NCBI RefSeq assembly: GCF_964355755.1
Contig: NC_092677.1
Span: 14,592,101 to 14,656,100 of the forward strand
From: Antedon mediterranea
Taxonomy: Eukaryota; Animalia; Echinodermata
Length of the DNA: 64,000 nt
Reading direction: 5' to 3'
Below are positions 40,601-54,217 of this stretch, piece after piece. The notes below the pieces were generated by a model, which was not told the origin of the DNA, did not search any database, and saw nothing but the letters and a program-made list of their open reading frames with translations. Within the stretch, counting starts at the first letter, position 1. Each line of letters begins with the position of its first letter. The position numbers and the translations under genes are program-made.

Positions 40601-42451
40601 ATTGTTTTTTCTGTTTAATTGTACACGCACATTAAGTAAGTTCTGTGAGTCCCATTTAAATTTGTAAATACCTTTTCTTAATGGATTTATAATGGAGTTC
40701 TTTGTTACTTATTTCATTTAGTATTCTTAATACATTGTATGTACAGTAGAAAGTTAATGAGTATTTGCCATTAATTTCTGATCATTTACTAAATTAAGTC
40801 TCGTGGGAGATAGGAAAATATGTCTAGATAAATGAAGAATTACCATTGAAATACCAAAGGTTTTTGAGGTGATACATATTGCTATATTTAGGTGTCTTCT
40901 TGTTATCTATTAGTGTTTATTCATTTATTATATGGATCACTATCAATTCAAGTTATTATTTTAACGTTTATATGGGTCAGCCAAGTTAGTCCATTAATGT
41001 AACAACTTTATACAGACTTTTCATTGGTTCTTCAAGACTTTTTTTAAGGTTTGGGCTTGCATTTATTAATCATTCTGCTTAAGCCAAGGCAGCTAAGAAA
41101 AGTAATTAAGTGGAAACTGAGGCTTTGTTTTTGTTAATATTTTTAAAAAACTTATTTAAGTAGAGTAAGGCATCTTTCGTGTTTGATAAATCTGACACCA
41201 GAATTTTAAGCAAAAGGATATAAAAACTATAAAAAACTTGCTTAAGTTTACTTAATAATGTTTATTAACTATTTTGAAAAAACCCAAACAAATTAAAGAT
41301 TGAAGTGTTCTTCAAATACAATGTGCCTTAATTCCTTCCAATGTTGAAATCATAAAACTTTCTCCAATGGACCATTTCAAACTCTGCGGTAACAAACATT
41401 TTATTGCTAAAAATAGATTAAAAAAGGAAAAAGAATCAGGAACTATAAAACTAAAATTGTTTATCGTTGAACATTAAAGTCCTGAGAACCGATTGAAATA
41501 TCCAACAAAAGTTTTGTTAATTTTACAATCTATCTTTTCTTCCGCCATAAATGATCATAAAAGTTAGCCGACATAGAATGCTGCTTGTAAGTTTTACTAC
41601 TTTTCATTAGCCTGGGAAAATTTTAACTAATCAATTGTTATGAAATATGTCAAGCTTCATTGATTTGAACAAAGTTTTCGTATCATTGTAACTTTTATTT
41701 AGGGTTATTACCCATTTAACCTTTTATTCTTTACAATAATTTATAAAAACTTTAATTGAAATTGTCTGTCAAGTTGGTTTGATAGGTTTTAAAGGCATTT
41801 GCGGTTTTGAGGCATGAACCTTATTATTATTTGGAATATGTAGTTTTAGAGTAATAATTGTGTTTCTTATGTATTTAAATTTGCTAATTATAAATTAATT
41901 ACTTTCTTCTGACAGCGCTGGTAGACTCTTTTAGTATGCCAGGATATTATATACAGTATTTGTAGTAGAGTATCCTTTATTATCCAGGCTTCCTTAAATT
42001 ACATAACCATTAAAATCTAAACAAAACAAAATGACAGATCTTCAATGGTCCACATGCAGAAATTGTGCAACTTTGTTATTCACAGCACTGAATCGAGAAT
42101 CAACATGGTCGATTTAGAATTGCATTGCTTCTCCTTATTATTATTATTATTATATGGACTGCTCTTCATCTTCTCTCATAATAGTCGTCTTTATCTACTG
42201 ACCAGTCCCTTTAGCGCCCCTTCATTTAGCCACTATAGCAATCCTATCATGCTCTCTTCCCTAAGGCTTTGAAAGACATAAGTATTCATTACTTGTACCA
42301 TTTTAATTAAAGTTTTAGTTTGGATGTTGAGGTTTAATGCTTATAATGATTACACTATTGATTGGTATTGATTAGTGTCATGTCATTTATATTGGGTGCC
42401 ATATCTCAGTATAAATTACAGAATGAAAACAAAAGAATGAAACTCGTATTA

Positions 42452-42610
42452 ATCCTATCCTTGAATATAATCCCATCCCCTATAATTTAGCCTGAATTCA
42501 GACAAGATTTTTAGTAAATTCCATTGTTAAAGCACTCTGAGTATAATCCCACCCCTTAATTTTCCCCAAATTCATACCCAGACCCCATGAGATTACACGA
42601 GTATATCCCA
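42452..42610. mobile_element. Degenerate fragment related to the pogo-like MITE at 18923
   Basis: Repeated TATAATCCCA(T/C)CCC motifs at ~42466 and ~42542 matching the TIR core of the 18923 element. Confidence 0.5.
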
Positions 42611-43032
42611 ACCATGGAGGTATGAAATTATACCTCCATGGTCCAACGCTGCAAAATCTGCTACCTTCCGAAGCCCCTGCTTAATTCAAACAGACAATCG
42701 AAATAAAAAACTTATTCTGGGACATATCCTAATAACATTAAGTTACGCACCCTTAATGAAATATGTATTTATATATCCAGCCGAAGGTTTTATTCATTAT
42801 AAATTATTCATTTTAACCACCAAGCCTTTGAATATCAAAATAAACCTTCTGATTTAATAACTGTATTTTATTAATAGTAATAAAGATGATACTTTTATAT
42901 GAACCCTTTTAGTTTGTCTAGACTTTCTACTACTAATAAAAGTATATAAAAGTACCAGGTATAATATTAATAGTTAAATATGATTTAAGGAAATATAAGG
43001 GATCATGTCAGTCAAAATCTCAGTTACTACAG

Positions 43033-43122
43033 AATTCATTGAACACCCCTCTCCACACATGGTACAGTCCACAAACCCTGCCCTCAAGTGGGAGCATCCC
43101 CACAAACCACCATCATCATTTC
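43033..43122 (-). repeat. Family X copy (distal half)
   Basis: AATTCATTGAACACCCCTCTCCA...TGGTACAGTCCACAAACCC...CAAGTGGGAGCATCCC...TCATCATTTC. Confidence 0.8.
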
Positions 43123-43640
43123 TTTACATAAATGTTAAGAATAATAGGAAAAGGAAATGTTTTAAGTAATTGTACGTAAAGAAGTAGTCACAAGAAGAGG
43201 TTTGAAATAGTTGCAATTGAGGTTGTGTTTTTGCACTTTATCATCTTCATCAAGTAAAATGAACATTGGTCCATGTACTTTTTTTTGTAATAAATTATTA
43301 GGTTCAATTTAAATTCACACTGGCTATCATACTTCATAGATGAACAAAGCAAATTAAAAGCCACCAACAATAATACTTCTTAATTTAATTTTATTTGACC
43401 ATAGACGTTGATTAATGAATAGATGGAAAATTTTACATCATTTTTAATTTTGTATATAGCAACAATGTGTTTTCAAAAGTATACTTGTTAGGCAATAAAA
43501 ACATTGGCTATGATGAACAAAGCATGTTTCAAATTTAGATAAGTTTATTGGTACCATCAGTTCATCATACTTTTAATTGAATTTTATGTAACGGAATTAT
43601 AAAGAAATTTGTATTTTTTGAACGCCCTAAATCATGCCTT

Positions 43641-43695
43641 GCTTACTTGGATAAACAGAAAATAGCCCTCTCTTACTGAAGAGAGGATACAATTA
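43641..43695 (-). repeat. Family X copy (motif half)
   Basis: GCTTACTTGGATAAAC (identical 16-mer to 17516-17531), AATAGCC, stem CCTCTCTT-ACTG-AAGAGAGG, then ATAC. Confidence 0.7.
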
Positions 43696-44470
43696 TGAGT
43701 ACTGCATCAACAGGATGGTATTGTATTTAACTAATGTGGAGTTAGGTCAATAACCTGATGATTAACTTAAAGGTCTATTGTATAGATACTGTAATTGTAA
43801 CCGTTTCCCATGGTACCATTCTTTTATATAGTTTTTGGTTTGATCTTTCATTTCAAAAGTATTTTTATGACAACATCGCTCAATGCTGGACAGATCACTA
43901 GTAACTTTTAATCCTTTGTTGTTTTCTGAAAGATGGTAAATTATTTATGAGTCATCATTGAGGCTAGTACTGTATCAAGTGTATTGTTGTGGTGGGGGAA
44001 TTAATAGAATACAATGTAATTAATTATAAAGTGTAAAACCAACCTTTGATGTGAATCATTCGATGTCTTCATGCCCCCAAGTGTTTATATATCCTTCTTG
44101 AATAGTATTACACAATGCAGTTCTTATTTGTACTTTATTTATTAGTGATAAAGGACTATGAATTTAACCCAATTTGGTAATGAAGTTCTAATTTGATTGA
44201 ATTGTAAAGCAGAGAATGAAAACATTAATTGCTATTTAGTTATTGTCTCTTATCATAGATTAATAATGTGCCATTCATTGCAGTGGAACATTATTGTGTA
44301 ATAGTATCTCTTTTGTGTCTTCTAATTATTATTTCAAATAGACGTGTTTTTTTTCACACAATTCAAAGCCAAGTATTAGTGCTAGATTGGCTGTTAGAAA
44401 AATCCTAGAATGAAATCCAGGTATTGATGTTACACTACTATTGCAATATGTTAGTCTAAAATACATTATA

Positions 44471-45320
44471 CTAGTTAATTTGTCTGTTAGGGTCAATTGA
44501 ATCTCCATTTCTAATCTATGTATCAATATGGTTCATCAAAATTGAGGCAAAGGCTAATTTAAAACCGTGATTGCGGCTTGCATAATTGTCCCTTTCTTTA
44601 TTATTTTTAATTATTTATGTTTTTTCTTTATTAACCATACTTCTCTAGTTATTTGTCTGTTAGGATCATTTGAATCTTATTTCTAATCATGTACCATCAA
44701 TATGGTTCTTCGAAATTGAGGCATGCTATTTTTAGAATTATGAATACATCATTTCAATTGTGCCTTTCCTTATTGTTTTTTTTTTGTTAATTAACCATAC
44801 TTTACTACTGTCTAATTTTAAATTGCTAATTTTAAAATTGTGATTGCATAATTTGAATTGTCCCTTTCTTTATTATTTTTAATTATTTGTTTTTTCTTCA
44901 TTAACCATACTTCTATCTAGTTAGTTTTCTGTTAGGATAAATTGAATCTTTATTTCTAATCATGTACCATCAATGGGGTTCTTCAAAATTGAGGCAAATG
45001 CTATTTTTAGCAATTGTCCCTTTCTTTATTGTTTTTATCATTGTTTTTTTGTTAATTAACCATACTTACTACTATCTAGTTATTTTTCTGTTATGGTCAA
45101 TTGAATCTCCATTTCTAATCTATGTATCAATATGGTTCTTCAAAATTAAGGCAACTGCTAATTTTTGAGTTATGAATACGGTAGACAAACTGTCTCTTAT
45201 TCTTTATATTTTTTTTATTGTTTTTTCATTAACAATACTTACATCTAGTTATTTGTCTGTCAGGGTCAATTGAATCTCCATTTCTTATCTATGTATCATC
45301 ATATGGTTCTTGAAAATTGA
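44471..45320. repeat. ~170-bp tandem (satellite-like) array, about 5.5 diverged units
   Basis: CTAGTTATTTGTCTGTTAGGGTCAATTGAATCT...ATGGTTCTTCAAAATTGAGGCA recurs at 44471, 44645, 44917, 45076 and 45245, with a deleted unit near 44811. Confidence 0.9.
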
Positions 45321-46716
45321 CGTTGTTTAGTCCTTAATATGCATTGATTGCTGATTAAATTGCAACAATGATGCCAATACTTGTCATTTACAAATGCAAG
45401 GTTCTTTAATTTGTTTTCCAATTGAGACTATTGTGGAAAATCTGAGTCAAAAAGCTTACATAACGTGAAGGATACATTGATAAAAGCTTTTTACAATGTA
45501 AGGCTAATTTTTCAATTTTAATTTCTTTCAATGGATGTTTACTAGTAGTTTCAGTCATTTTGTGTTCATTAATTTTAAACCTTTCTTGTCTCTTAGACCT
45601 TGCATGCATAGTTGTATACATCAGCCCAGAGTCATACAAAATTACATAACTTTGCAGTTATAAAAGTAATACCTGTATGAATAGTTAATTGCATGATGTC
45701 AAAGACCACAACATATAACCTAATAAATATTGTATTTGCTTATCATGCAGTGCTGTTTGCTTTTCCAATTTTTGCTACTCTAAGTCTAGTATCCTGGTGT
45801 CAGAATTTGGAAAAGTATGTTAAAGTTTATAATTGTAATTCGTTTGTAGACATGTTTGAATCTGATTCTCTGTTGTTTGTTTGGTAGGTGGTCTCACATT
45901 GTACATTGTTCACTTGGAATGTCCTAATATGAATTATTTACAGGACAACTGTAGTACCTGTTTTAGTATTCAAACAAGGAACTAATTTTTATGAAATCGA
46001 GACACTGTATTATAGTGGTGGATGAAGAATTTTGAAATGGGGATGGAGGACTGGTGGTTGGGGGTGGTAAAATGAAGTGCAGAACTTCTAATGTCATGTA
46101 TCTTTTACATTACCTTCTCCCTCTAAATTCACCTGTTCTGAATTTAAAAAAAATATTACTAATTAATACTTTCCTCTTTAACATTTAACTAACATTATCA
46201 TAAATTATACTGAAATGATGAAGTATTGAAATATGATTGTACAGTACAAAAACAAGAATACATTTTTATGTAATTAATCTTTCTTCTTCAAAATTAAAAA
46301 TTCAATGTCATAATATTTCAAGTAGGACATCTGTTGTCATGACAACATGTATAGCTTCAAGTACCTTGCTAATGAAAATGATATTTCGATGCTTTTCATC
46401 GGCGTGTGTTTAGTCATGCGTAATAAGCTCTGCGTCCCAAGGTCTTTGCATTTTTTTAAATATTTACTATAATATCCATGCCTCAGCAAGACTTAGAGAG
46501 CAGGTGGTGGGAAATACATACTATGAATAGATGTATAGCTTCAATGGAATTAGAACGGAAATCGGGTGCACTTTTTTACAAACTGCCAATAATTATTTGA
46601 AACTGTCAAATTTATTATTCTTAACCAAATTTAGGAAACTAGAATAATTTTCCTTTTTGAAATTCAATGAAAATGGATTTTTAACTGAAAATTGAGTAGG
46701 TAATGGAAAATGTATA

Positions 46717-46830
46717 TTTTATTCTTATTTTATTTTATTTTATTCAATCAAAACCAACAGCGATAAATACCGCCACTAACAGGTTTGAAACATAAAACAA
46801 TACAACATCAAAAACGGTTAACAATAAATA
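46717..46830 (-). mobile_element. Probable LINE/SINE 3' terminus
   Basis: Minus strand: T-rich UTR, stem-loop AAACC...TGGCGGTA-TT-TATCGCTG...GGTTTT, then an (AATAA)n tail. Confidence 0.45.
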
Positions 46831-49800
46831 CAGATAAAATATATATATATATATATAAAAAACATAGATTGGCATATATATTATACTTTGAACAAATAAT
46901 TAAATTATCATGGTTTTATGCTTTAAATTATATTTTTATTCTTTGGATGCTATATTAAGTATAGAAAGAAAAAACAAATCAGACCTCCCAACATAATAAT
47001 CATGGGAGTTTCTCGTCATTTCCCAATCTTACACTAAAATGCAATTTATTTTTAAGTCCCTTTTTTTTTATTGCCAATCCCAAATATGAAATCTTCAATT
47101 AAATTGCAAGTCTTGGAGAGTTTATAAAGATTCAATATTTAAAGTATTATATAGTTTCTATGATTTATTTCTGTAAGTAAACAATTGTGTTTTTATTCTT
47201 TAGCAATGGTTTTTCTATGACATCATAGAAGAAATGTAGACAATAGGGTCTTTTCTGTACACATTTGTCATTTCTTGGTTTAAATGCCAATGTTCTAATA
47301 TTAACTATTTTCCAAGTACATCATGACCTAAACTTTGTTTTCTTTACCTTTTTTTTTTTTTATATTGAACAAATATTGCTGTAATACATAAATAACATAT
47401 AAATCTTTTGATTGTGATTCATCGAACTCCTTAGAGCTTATGATATTGCAACAATCTATATTGCTTGTATTGTTTAAACCGTTAGACCCATTTACCAGTC
47501 TCCACTAATAAAAATATCAAGCCCCATTGACTAGAATAATTGTCTGGCGTTACGCATTAATAAATGCATAAACTAGTGTCCACCTACTGGTCTCCGATCA
47601 TAAAAACAACACGGCACCATTGAGTATATATACAGATGCTATCGGCACTGTTATGCAGGCTTCCACACAATTTTCTAATGTCATTACTGATGCCGCTAAT
47701 CCAATTCCACTACTGCTAGTTGTCTGGTTAAACCGTGATGCATCGTTTCGGCCACTTTTAGATCAAGCTCAACGCATTCTGAATGGATCAACCAGGTTGC
47801 CATTAGCAATGCAATGCCTGCCAGATATCTGAATCATCATAGGCTGATGTAATAAAGCGCCGGATTCATATCTGTATATATATATATATCTATATCCAAT
47901 TGTCAGTTATAAAAATTCATATTTTGAAAATATTGGGGATAATTATAATAATGATTTAATAAGAAAATTATGAATATATGGTGCTGGTTCAGGTAGAAGC
48001 CCATGCTTTGTTATAAGCCCACCTACCTGAAAACGTATAGTACTATACTATAGTACCATATGTATTGGTTTTAATGTATTTTTCTTATATAGGAATTATA
48101 ATATCATCTAGTAATATTTATAATCTTCAAACAATCTGAAATTCGATAGGAAAAAATTAGATTGTATTTTGCTATAATGCTATATATTGCAGAGACTGTA
48201 ATATGAAGAACACTCTTTATTTAGATTTGTAAAAAAATCATCATATTTTGATATTGTATACTTTTTACTGTAATGTTGTATTTCATAAAGAAATTTTCCA
48301 TATACTGTACTTAGACTGTACAGCCATTTTGTCATAATACGTCAGACAGGTTTTCAACTGTATTAAAATATGTAATGTAATTTTTAAGTAAGTCTATGAA
48401 TATTTTGAAGCCATAGATACAGTTAGTTCATTTAAAGGCTGTATTGCCTATAGTAAAATCATTTAAACTTAATTTATGTAAGAATAAATCCAAATGCTAC
48501 TAAAATATTCTGCAGCCCTACAGGATATATTCCATTTTATCATATTTAGATTCAGTCTTTGCTAATATTCATATTTGTCGACTTAGCTTGAAGAATGCGA
48601 CTTTTAAGACAAGTGCCACAATACCTTGGGCATTCATGAATATTTATAATGTAACGAAAGGTGATCAGAACAATAACAACTGTATTATTGCATGATGGGA
48701 TAGTGATATACGTCATTGAGATCAATCCCAAAAGGCATAGTACTAATCTTTGCTATATAATTCCTCAATTGCAATTTTCTAAATTGACAATTTGTACACT
48801 TTCAAAATTGTTCTTGTCAAAATATAGAATTTTATAAATGCTTCTGACAATAAAAAATGCGTTTTGTAATTAGAGTTATCCTAATTTTTCTAGTGTATAA
48901 TATATTTGTAGTTTCTTAAATTAGAAATTTAAATACATTTATTTTTATGCAATTACAGTAAATGATACAACAGTAACCTTTATATTTTTCAAGAAGAACA
49001 TAGTACTCTGAAACAGGTAACTTTAAACCAATCAAAATCAAACAATGATATTTATGTTGCTCAAAGTAAAGTACAATAGTCTAAAACTCAAAGGTAACTT
49101 TGGGCCAATCAGAATCCAGCAATAATCTATAGAACAATTACATTAACATTGTGTATATTACTACAGTGGTTATAATTTCAGTAATCTTGTTGAATTCAAA
49201 AGGATTAAGGCTTGTCGAAGATAATATTTTTGCATGGGTTATTAAACTGTTTAGTCAGAGAAAAAAATCCGCTCCAGTCAAAAGATGTCAATTTAGAGCA
49301 GCTTTGTGAGATGAATATAAAGTTCCGCCTCAAGTGGATATTCATCGTGTTTAGACTGAATGATCTCTACACTGAAATAATCGTAAAATTCTGATAAATT
49401 GGTGGAATAGATTTCAAACTTTCTGTATATTATTAATCGCAAGATCGTACATGCATTCAGTTTGACAATATAAGCCTTGCATCTTTGCATTCACTTTGAT
49501 CCAAACTCTGCTCTATCGATCAATGTTTTTCTTTTTGCAAGCGAGCATTAAAACTCTTATTAATGGCTCTGACAACATCAGGGTTATTGCTTGGGCAAGG
49601 TACCTATTTCAAGAACACGTAATTGACATGCAGAAATTAGCATCTCAGGACGATTAGTTGTTATTGGACGCACAAAAAAACGCTTTGGGTGAATTTACAA
49701 CTTGCTTTATGTGAAGATAGATTAGAAAAAGTCATCTTACTTATTGAGCCAGTATTACAGGTTGTAATTTTTCAAACTCAACCCTGTGATTTTTAACTGC

Positions 49801-52800
49801 ATATTCATTTATTTTGCTGTTTTTATTTATAGCGTCGTTTAGTTGATTTATCTTTCTTTCTGATGGTAATAAGGGTATCTTTCAAGGAATCATCTCATTG
49901 GCGCAATCCCAACCCCGTAGTAAATTTCCATGGATCTATTGTTTTTAATTCTTTGAGTCTGATATTATAAGATGACATTTTTTGTGGGCTTAAACCCTGC
50001 ATATTTCATTCATTCATGGCTCGCCCTCATCGTACTTTAGTTATTTGATGTATAATTTAGTTTGTGTTATAAAAGTTTATTAGATTTTGAATAAATTTTA
50101 AAAAGGAAATTATAGGCTAAGAAAATATTTGTCTTTCCTTTCCTTGTTGTTTTTATGCCTGGATATTCTAACCATAACAATACTGTGTTGTGATATGACT
50201 ATTTATGATACTACTATTATTTTGTGTTTTTTTTAATCAAGTTTAATCAAGTAGATAAAATAAAAAAACTGGAAATGTATAATTGCTTTCCAAGTTTAAA
50301 AAGAAATATAACAAATATTACAAACCATTTAAATACATGGTATATTTAAAAAGAGATACATTTAATGTTTATGCTATATCACTAAGAAAATGGAATTGAA
50401 ATTGAATTAGAAGTGATATCAAAACTGATTGTTATAGCCGGACTACAGATAAACTCATAACATAATTAATTAAAATTTAAATGCAAAACAAGAAAGAGAA
50501 AATTAAAAATTAACCCTGCAATACTTTACTGTTGTTAAATTACTTTCCCTCTAGCAAACTTCTCAGTATCATTATCAATACGAGATTGATTTATTCAGCA
50601 AGTGACCGTTTGACCGGGCAAACAGTTTGAGGCGATCAGATGACCAATCACAACGAAATTAGTATTTTACGGCAACGCAAACTATTCATTACGGCAAGAT
50701 AAAAGCCATAGTAGCCTAGAGATTTATCTCAATATTGTTCATTCCTCGAGTCAATGATTCTTTCTCGATTGTGTTTTCCTCTCTTGTTGTACATCAGTGT
50801 TATATTGTTGAAGTTACAGTTTTGTTTCATTACATTAAATCGATATTTTGACCTTGAAGCTAGGAAGATGAAAAAAAAAAACCCTTCCAAGATTAATAAC
50901 TATATTGAAGAGTATTATGATGAGAAAGAACTCTTTCAGTTGAATGAAAAACAAAACTTGTCTGTAGAGCTGCTTGTCTTATTAACTACTCAATCTTTCT
51001 GACGTCGTTTCTGTGTAAAGGATTAAGGCAAAATATTAATGAAAAATGGGTAATTGACTGATTTGAGATGTAAAATAACTACATATATTTCATATCAAGG
51101 GTAACCTCTTCGTTTATTGTACGTTGAAAGAGCGTACTACTCAATTATTGTTTTTTTCTTGTTATTCATTTCCGTTGCATTAAATGAGATCTAGTTGCAA
51201 TGCAAGAACCTTTTTTTTAACTATGACAATCAGTTTCCTGTTTTTAAATATACAAATAGTAATGATTTAATTGAAAAAGGAGAGAAACACACCAATAAAA
51301 TGGCAAGGATACACAAAGATGTGTTTTAGCTGAGTATAATATAATGAACTTATTTTCTTATGTTATTACAGTATAACACTACAGTGTCATATCTAATTCT
51401 ATTATTTTTTTAAGCAAAAGACCATGCATATTACATGTGCTTTAACAGAGGGGAAAAAATATTAACACCAATGCAGAGAAAACAGATATATCATTAGACT
51501 AAAGTCAATACATTTATTCACTAATTTGTATTTTATACTTAAGCTAATTCTTTTATTTGCTATGTCTGGAATATATGCATTAACGACACCGCAGCTGCTG
51601 GATTCCAATTGGAATCCAATTCCTTTTCTATTTTATGTGTATTCAAACGCATATAGGTTACATTAGTACTTTCCTTGTATGATATAATATGATGAATGCT
51701 CGTACAAGTTTTGTTGTGTTATGGGAAGAATTATTAGACATTTGAAGAATCACATCCCTGGGCGTTTGGAAACTATCAAGGAAAAAGTGGGCCGTATAAA
51801 CCTGGGTTGAAAACAAATATTAGTCACATTCCAAATAATCTTTATCCTAATCAATACATGTGACATAATGACAAGTTGTATGTCTTATCTAAAACGGAAA
51901 TAATAGCTGAGGGGGTTTTCAGCGGATCCTTTGAGAGTAGAATGACAAAGTTTCATGCAACACTTATCATTCCATTTAATGATGCATTTTGGGGACAGTT
52001 ATCAGAGGGGAGTAAAGTGGATCTCTTGTGAGATTACAATCAATATACAGTGCTGATTGCCTAGGCCTCAGTTATATTATATCTCTACAATATGATTTAG
52101 CTTTCATGCTAATTGATTTTGTAAAGATTTAAGATCATGGTTAATTGAAATAATCATAATTTACTTTTGTTACGGATGTTAAGTACGTTTCACATAATTA
52201 TGTAATTGCTAGAATAGTACAAGTGTTCAGTTAATGATTGCAGAGGTCAAGATTAGTAAGAGTTCATCCTCATGAAATTTTGGTTTGTCACTATTGCGCT
52301 GATGTTCAGTGGAAACTAAGTATCTATATAGCCTCAGTTCCAAACCATTTGTCTCATGGGCTTATACTCGCATTTTCAGGTCACATAGAGGTCAAATATA
52401 CTCGTTGCAGATGTGTATTTGCTTGTAATCTATAATTAAAATACAGTAGTAATGTATCAAGGATATTTATAGAATGCAATTGTTTCTTATATACCTGTAT
52501 AGTTGTGTTTCTTCAAACATTACAGTTATAAAAACGATTGTATTAAATGACAATATAATTTAACAAATGACTTTTGCTGTATTTTGTATGAAACACATTT
52601 GAGCGTAGTCATACAATATGTGTAACAATTTTCACTTCTCACTTATAATATCCCCAAGTGTTATACTTCTCTCCTAGTACGTTTATTTACAACTTTCACT
52701 GTATATTTCACATATCTTATTAACTATACATAGAATCCCTTCGTCAACTGCCTTATCTACCTAAGTTTAAGACGTGTTTTTCGCACTTAATGTTGTGTCT

Positions 52801-54083
52801 GTTTGCTCTGTGGAGTTGGCGAGTAGAAACAAAACGTCAATCCTGTATGAAACGGGAAACCACTGCATGCAGAAGAAAGTCAACTAACAGTAATCAATAC
52901 ACTAATATGCCATTCAATATATAAAGGTGTTATAAACTGAAAATTGATACTAAATAAAGTCAAGTTCATAATATGTGTGAACGCCCAACAAGAATGGGAC
53001 ACGTGAAAGGGTGCCGATCGTTCAACCGATGAGGATTAATGTAAAATCTCTGGAGAATTATGTCTTTTTCTGATCAATGAAACATCATCCAGCTGTCAGA
53101 AATCTTTTTATGCAAATTAGGCTTTAGTATCATGGTGACCTATGCTTTCTGAATACAGAAGTGGATCTTCCAATCCTAAAACCACTCTGTATGGGAGGAT
53201 TAAAATAAATGCATAATCGACAGGATGTATTTGAATTGCATCATAATCCACTGGTCTGCTTTAGCACACGCCACTAATATTATCTTTCCAACTGGTCTTC
53301 AGGATTTTGCATCGTGTATAATATCAACTTGATAATGAGAAATCCATTAATTTTCTTATAAAAGTAATCCATTTACTCAATTCTAAGTAGCTTTTATTGT
53401 AATGTAGATATCTGAATGGTTCTTTTGGTATTAAGTACTGTACACAATGAATTCTGCTATAATTAACATCCATTTGTTGGACATTAATACAAGAACTGTT
53501 GAATTAAACTTAAGCGTTAAATGGATTGGAATATCAATATTGTTCAAAGTAGTGAATCTTGCGGGGCCAGGAGGGATTCTTTCTGTCACCCTGCAGCAAA
53601 AATGATTGTGAACAAAGGGGGCATTATCTTCTTTTAGTCAACTATTTCAAATTAAATTCCACAAAGATCAATTTATCTTCTTTGCAAAATCTAACAAATA
53701 TAAATTTAACAGTATTGATATCAAGAATAAACTAGTAACCATGGATTATTGTATATACTATGTATTGTTAATTTGATGAATACATGACGTAACTGAGAAG
53801 ATAGATGGTAAAAGGAGAAAAAAAAGGGTTTTATACCTGTTTCTGAGGCTATGCCGTATATATTATTAATTTAATAGATAATCTTTATTTTTCAAAACAA
53901 TTTGAAAATTAGGTCCATGAGTGACATGAATGTACTGAGTAAAAACTTGTTTTGATTTTGTTTACATTTAACAATTAAGTTCGTTCAATAATAGAGGAAG
54001 TTGCCGATTTCTCTGCTCTAGTAGCTGTACTTTTTCGTATGCTCTGAATCCCATGTCTCATTACCAGCAATCAATCATCAGCG

Positions 54084-54217
54084 ACCTTTCGTTCCCACGA
54101 TGCTCCTGCAGACTACACGCCTATTGAGTTGTTATGCGCATGCTCCAGAACTTATGAGCATACGCAGAAATTGAACTCCATAGTTACGTATAGTCGCTTG
54201 CAGAATCATGAAAGGGT
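54084..54217. repeat. Imperfect fold-back (palindromic MITE-like) element
   Basis: Arms GACTACACG..CTATTGAGTT..TGCGCATGCTC and GAGCATACGCA..AACTCCATAG..CGTATAGTC around a 10-nt loop, with outer CCTTTC / GAAAGG. Confidence 0.6.

Noticed and set aside
44471-45320. Conserved block alternating with variable block, superficially CRISPR-like
   Set aside because: The variable halves are homologous to one another, so this is a tandem satellite.
47620-47832. 70-aa ORF in a GC-richer patch
   Set aside because: Non-ATG start, no splice signals and no recognisable domain; treated as non-coding.
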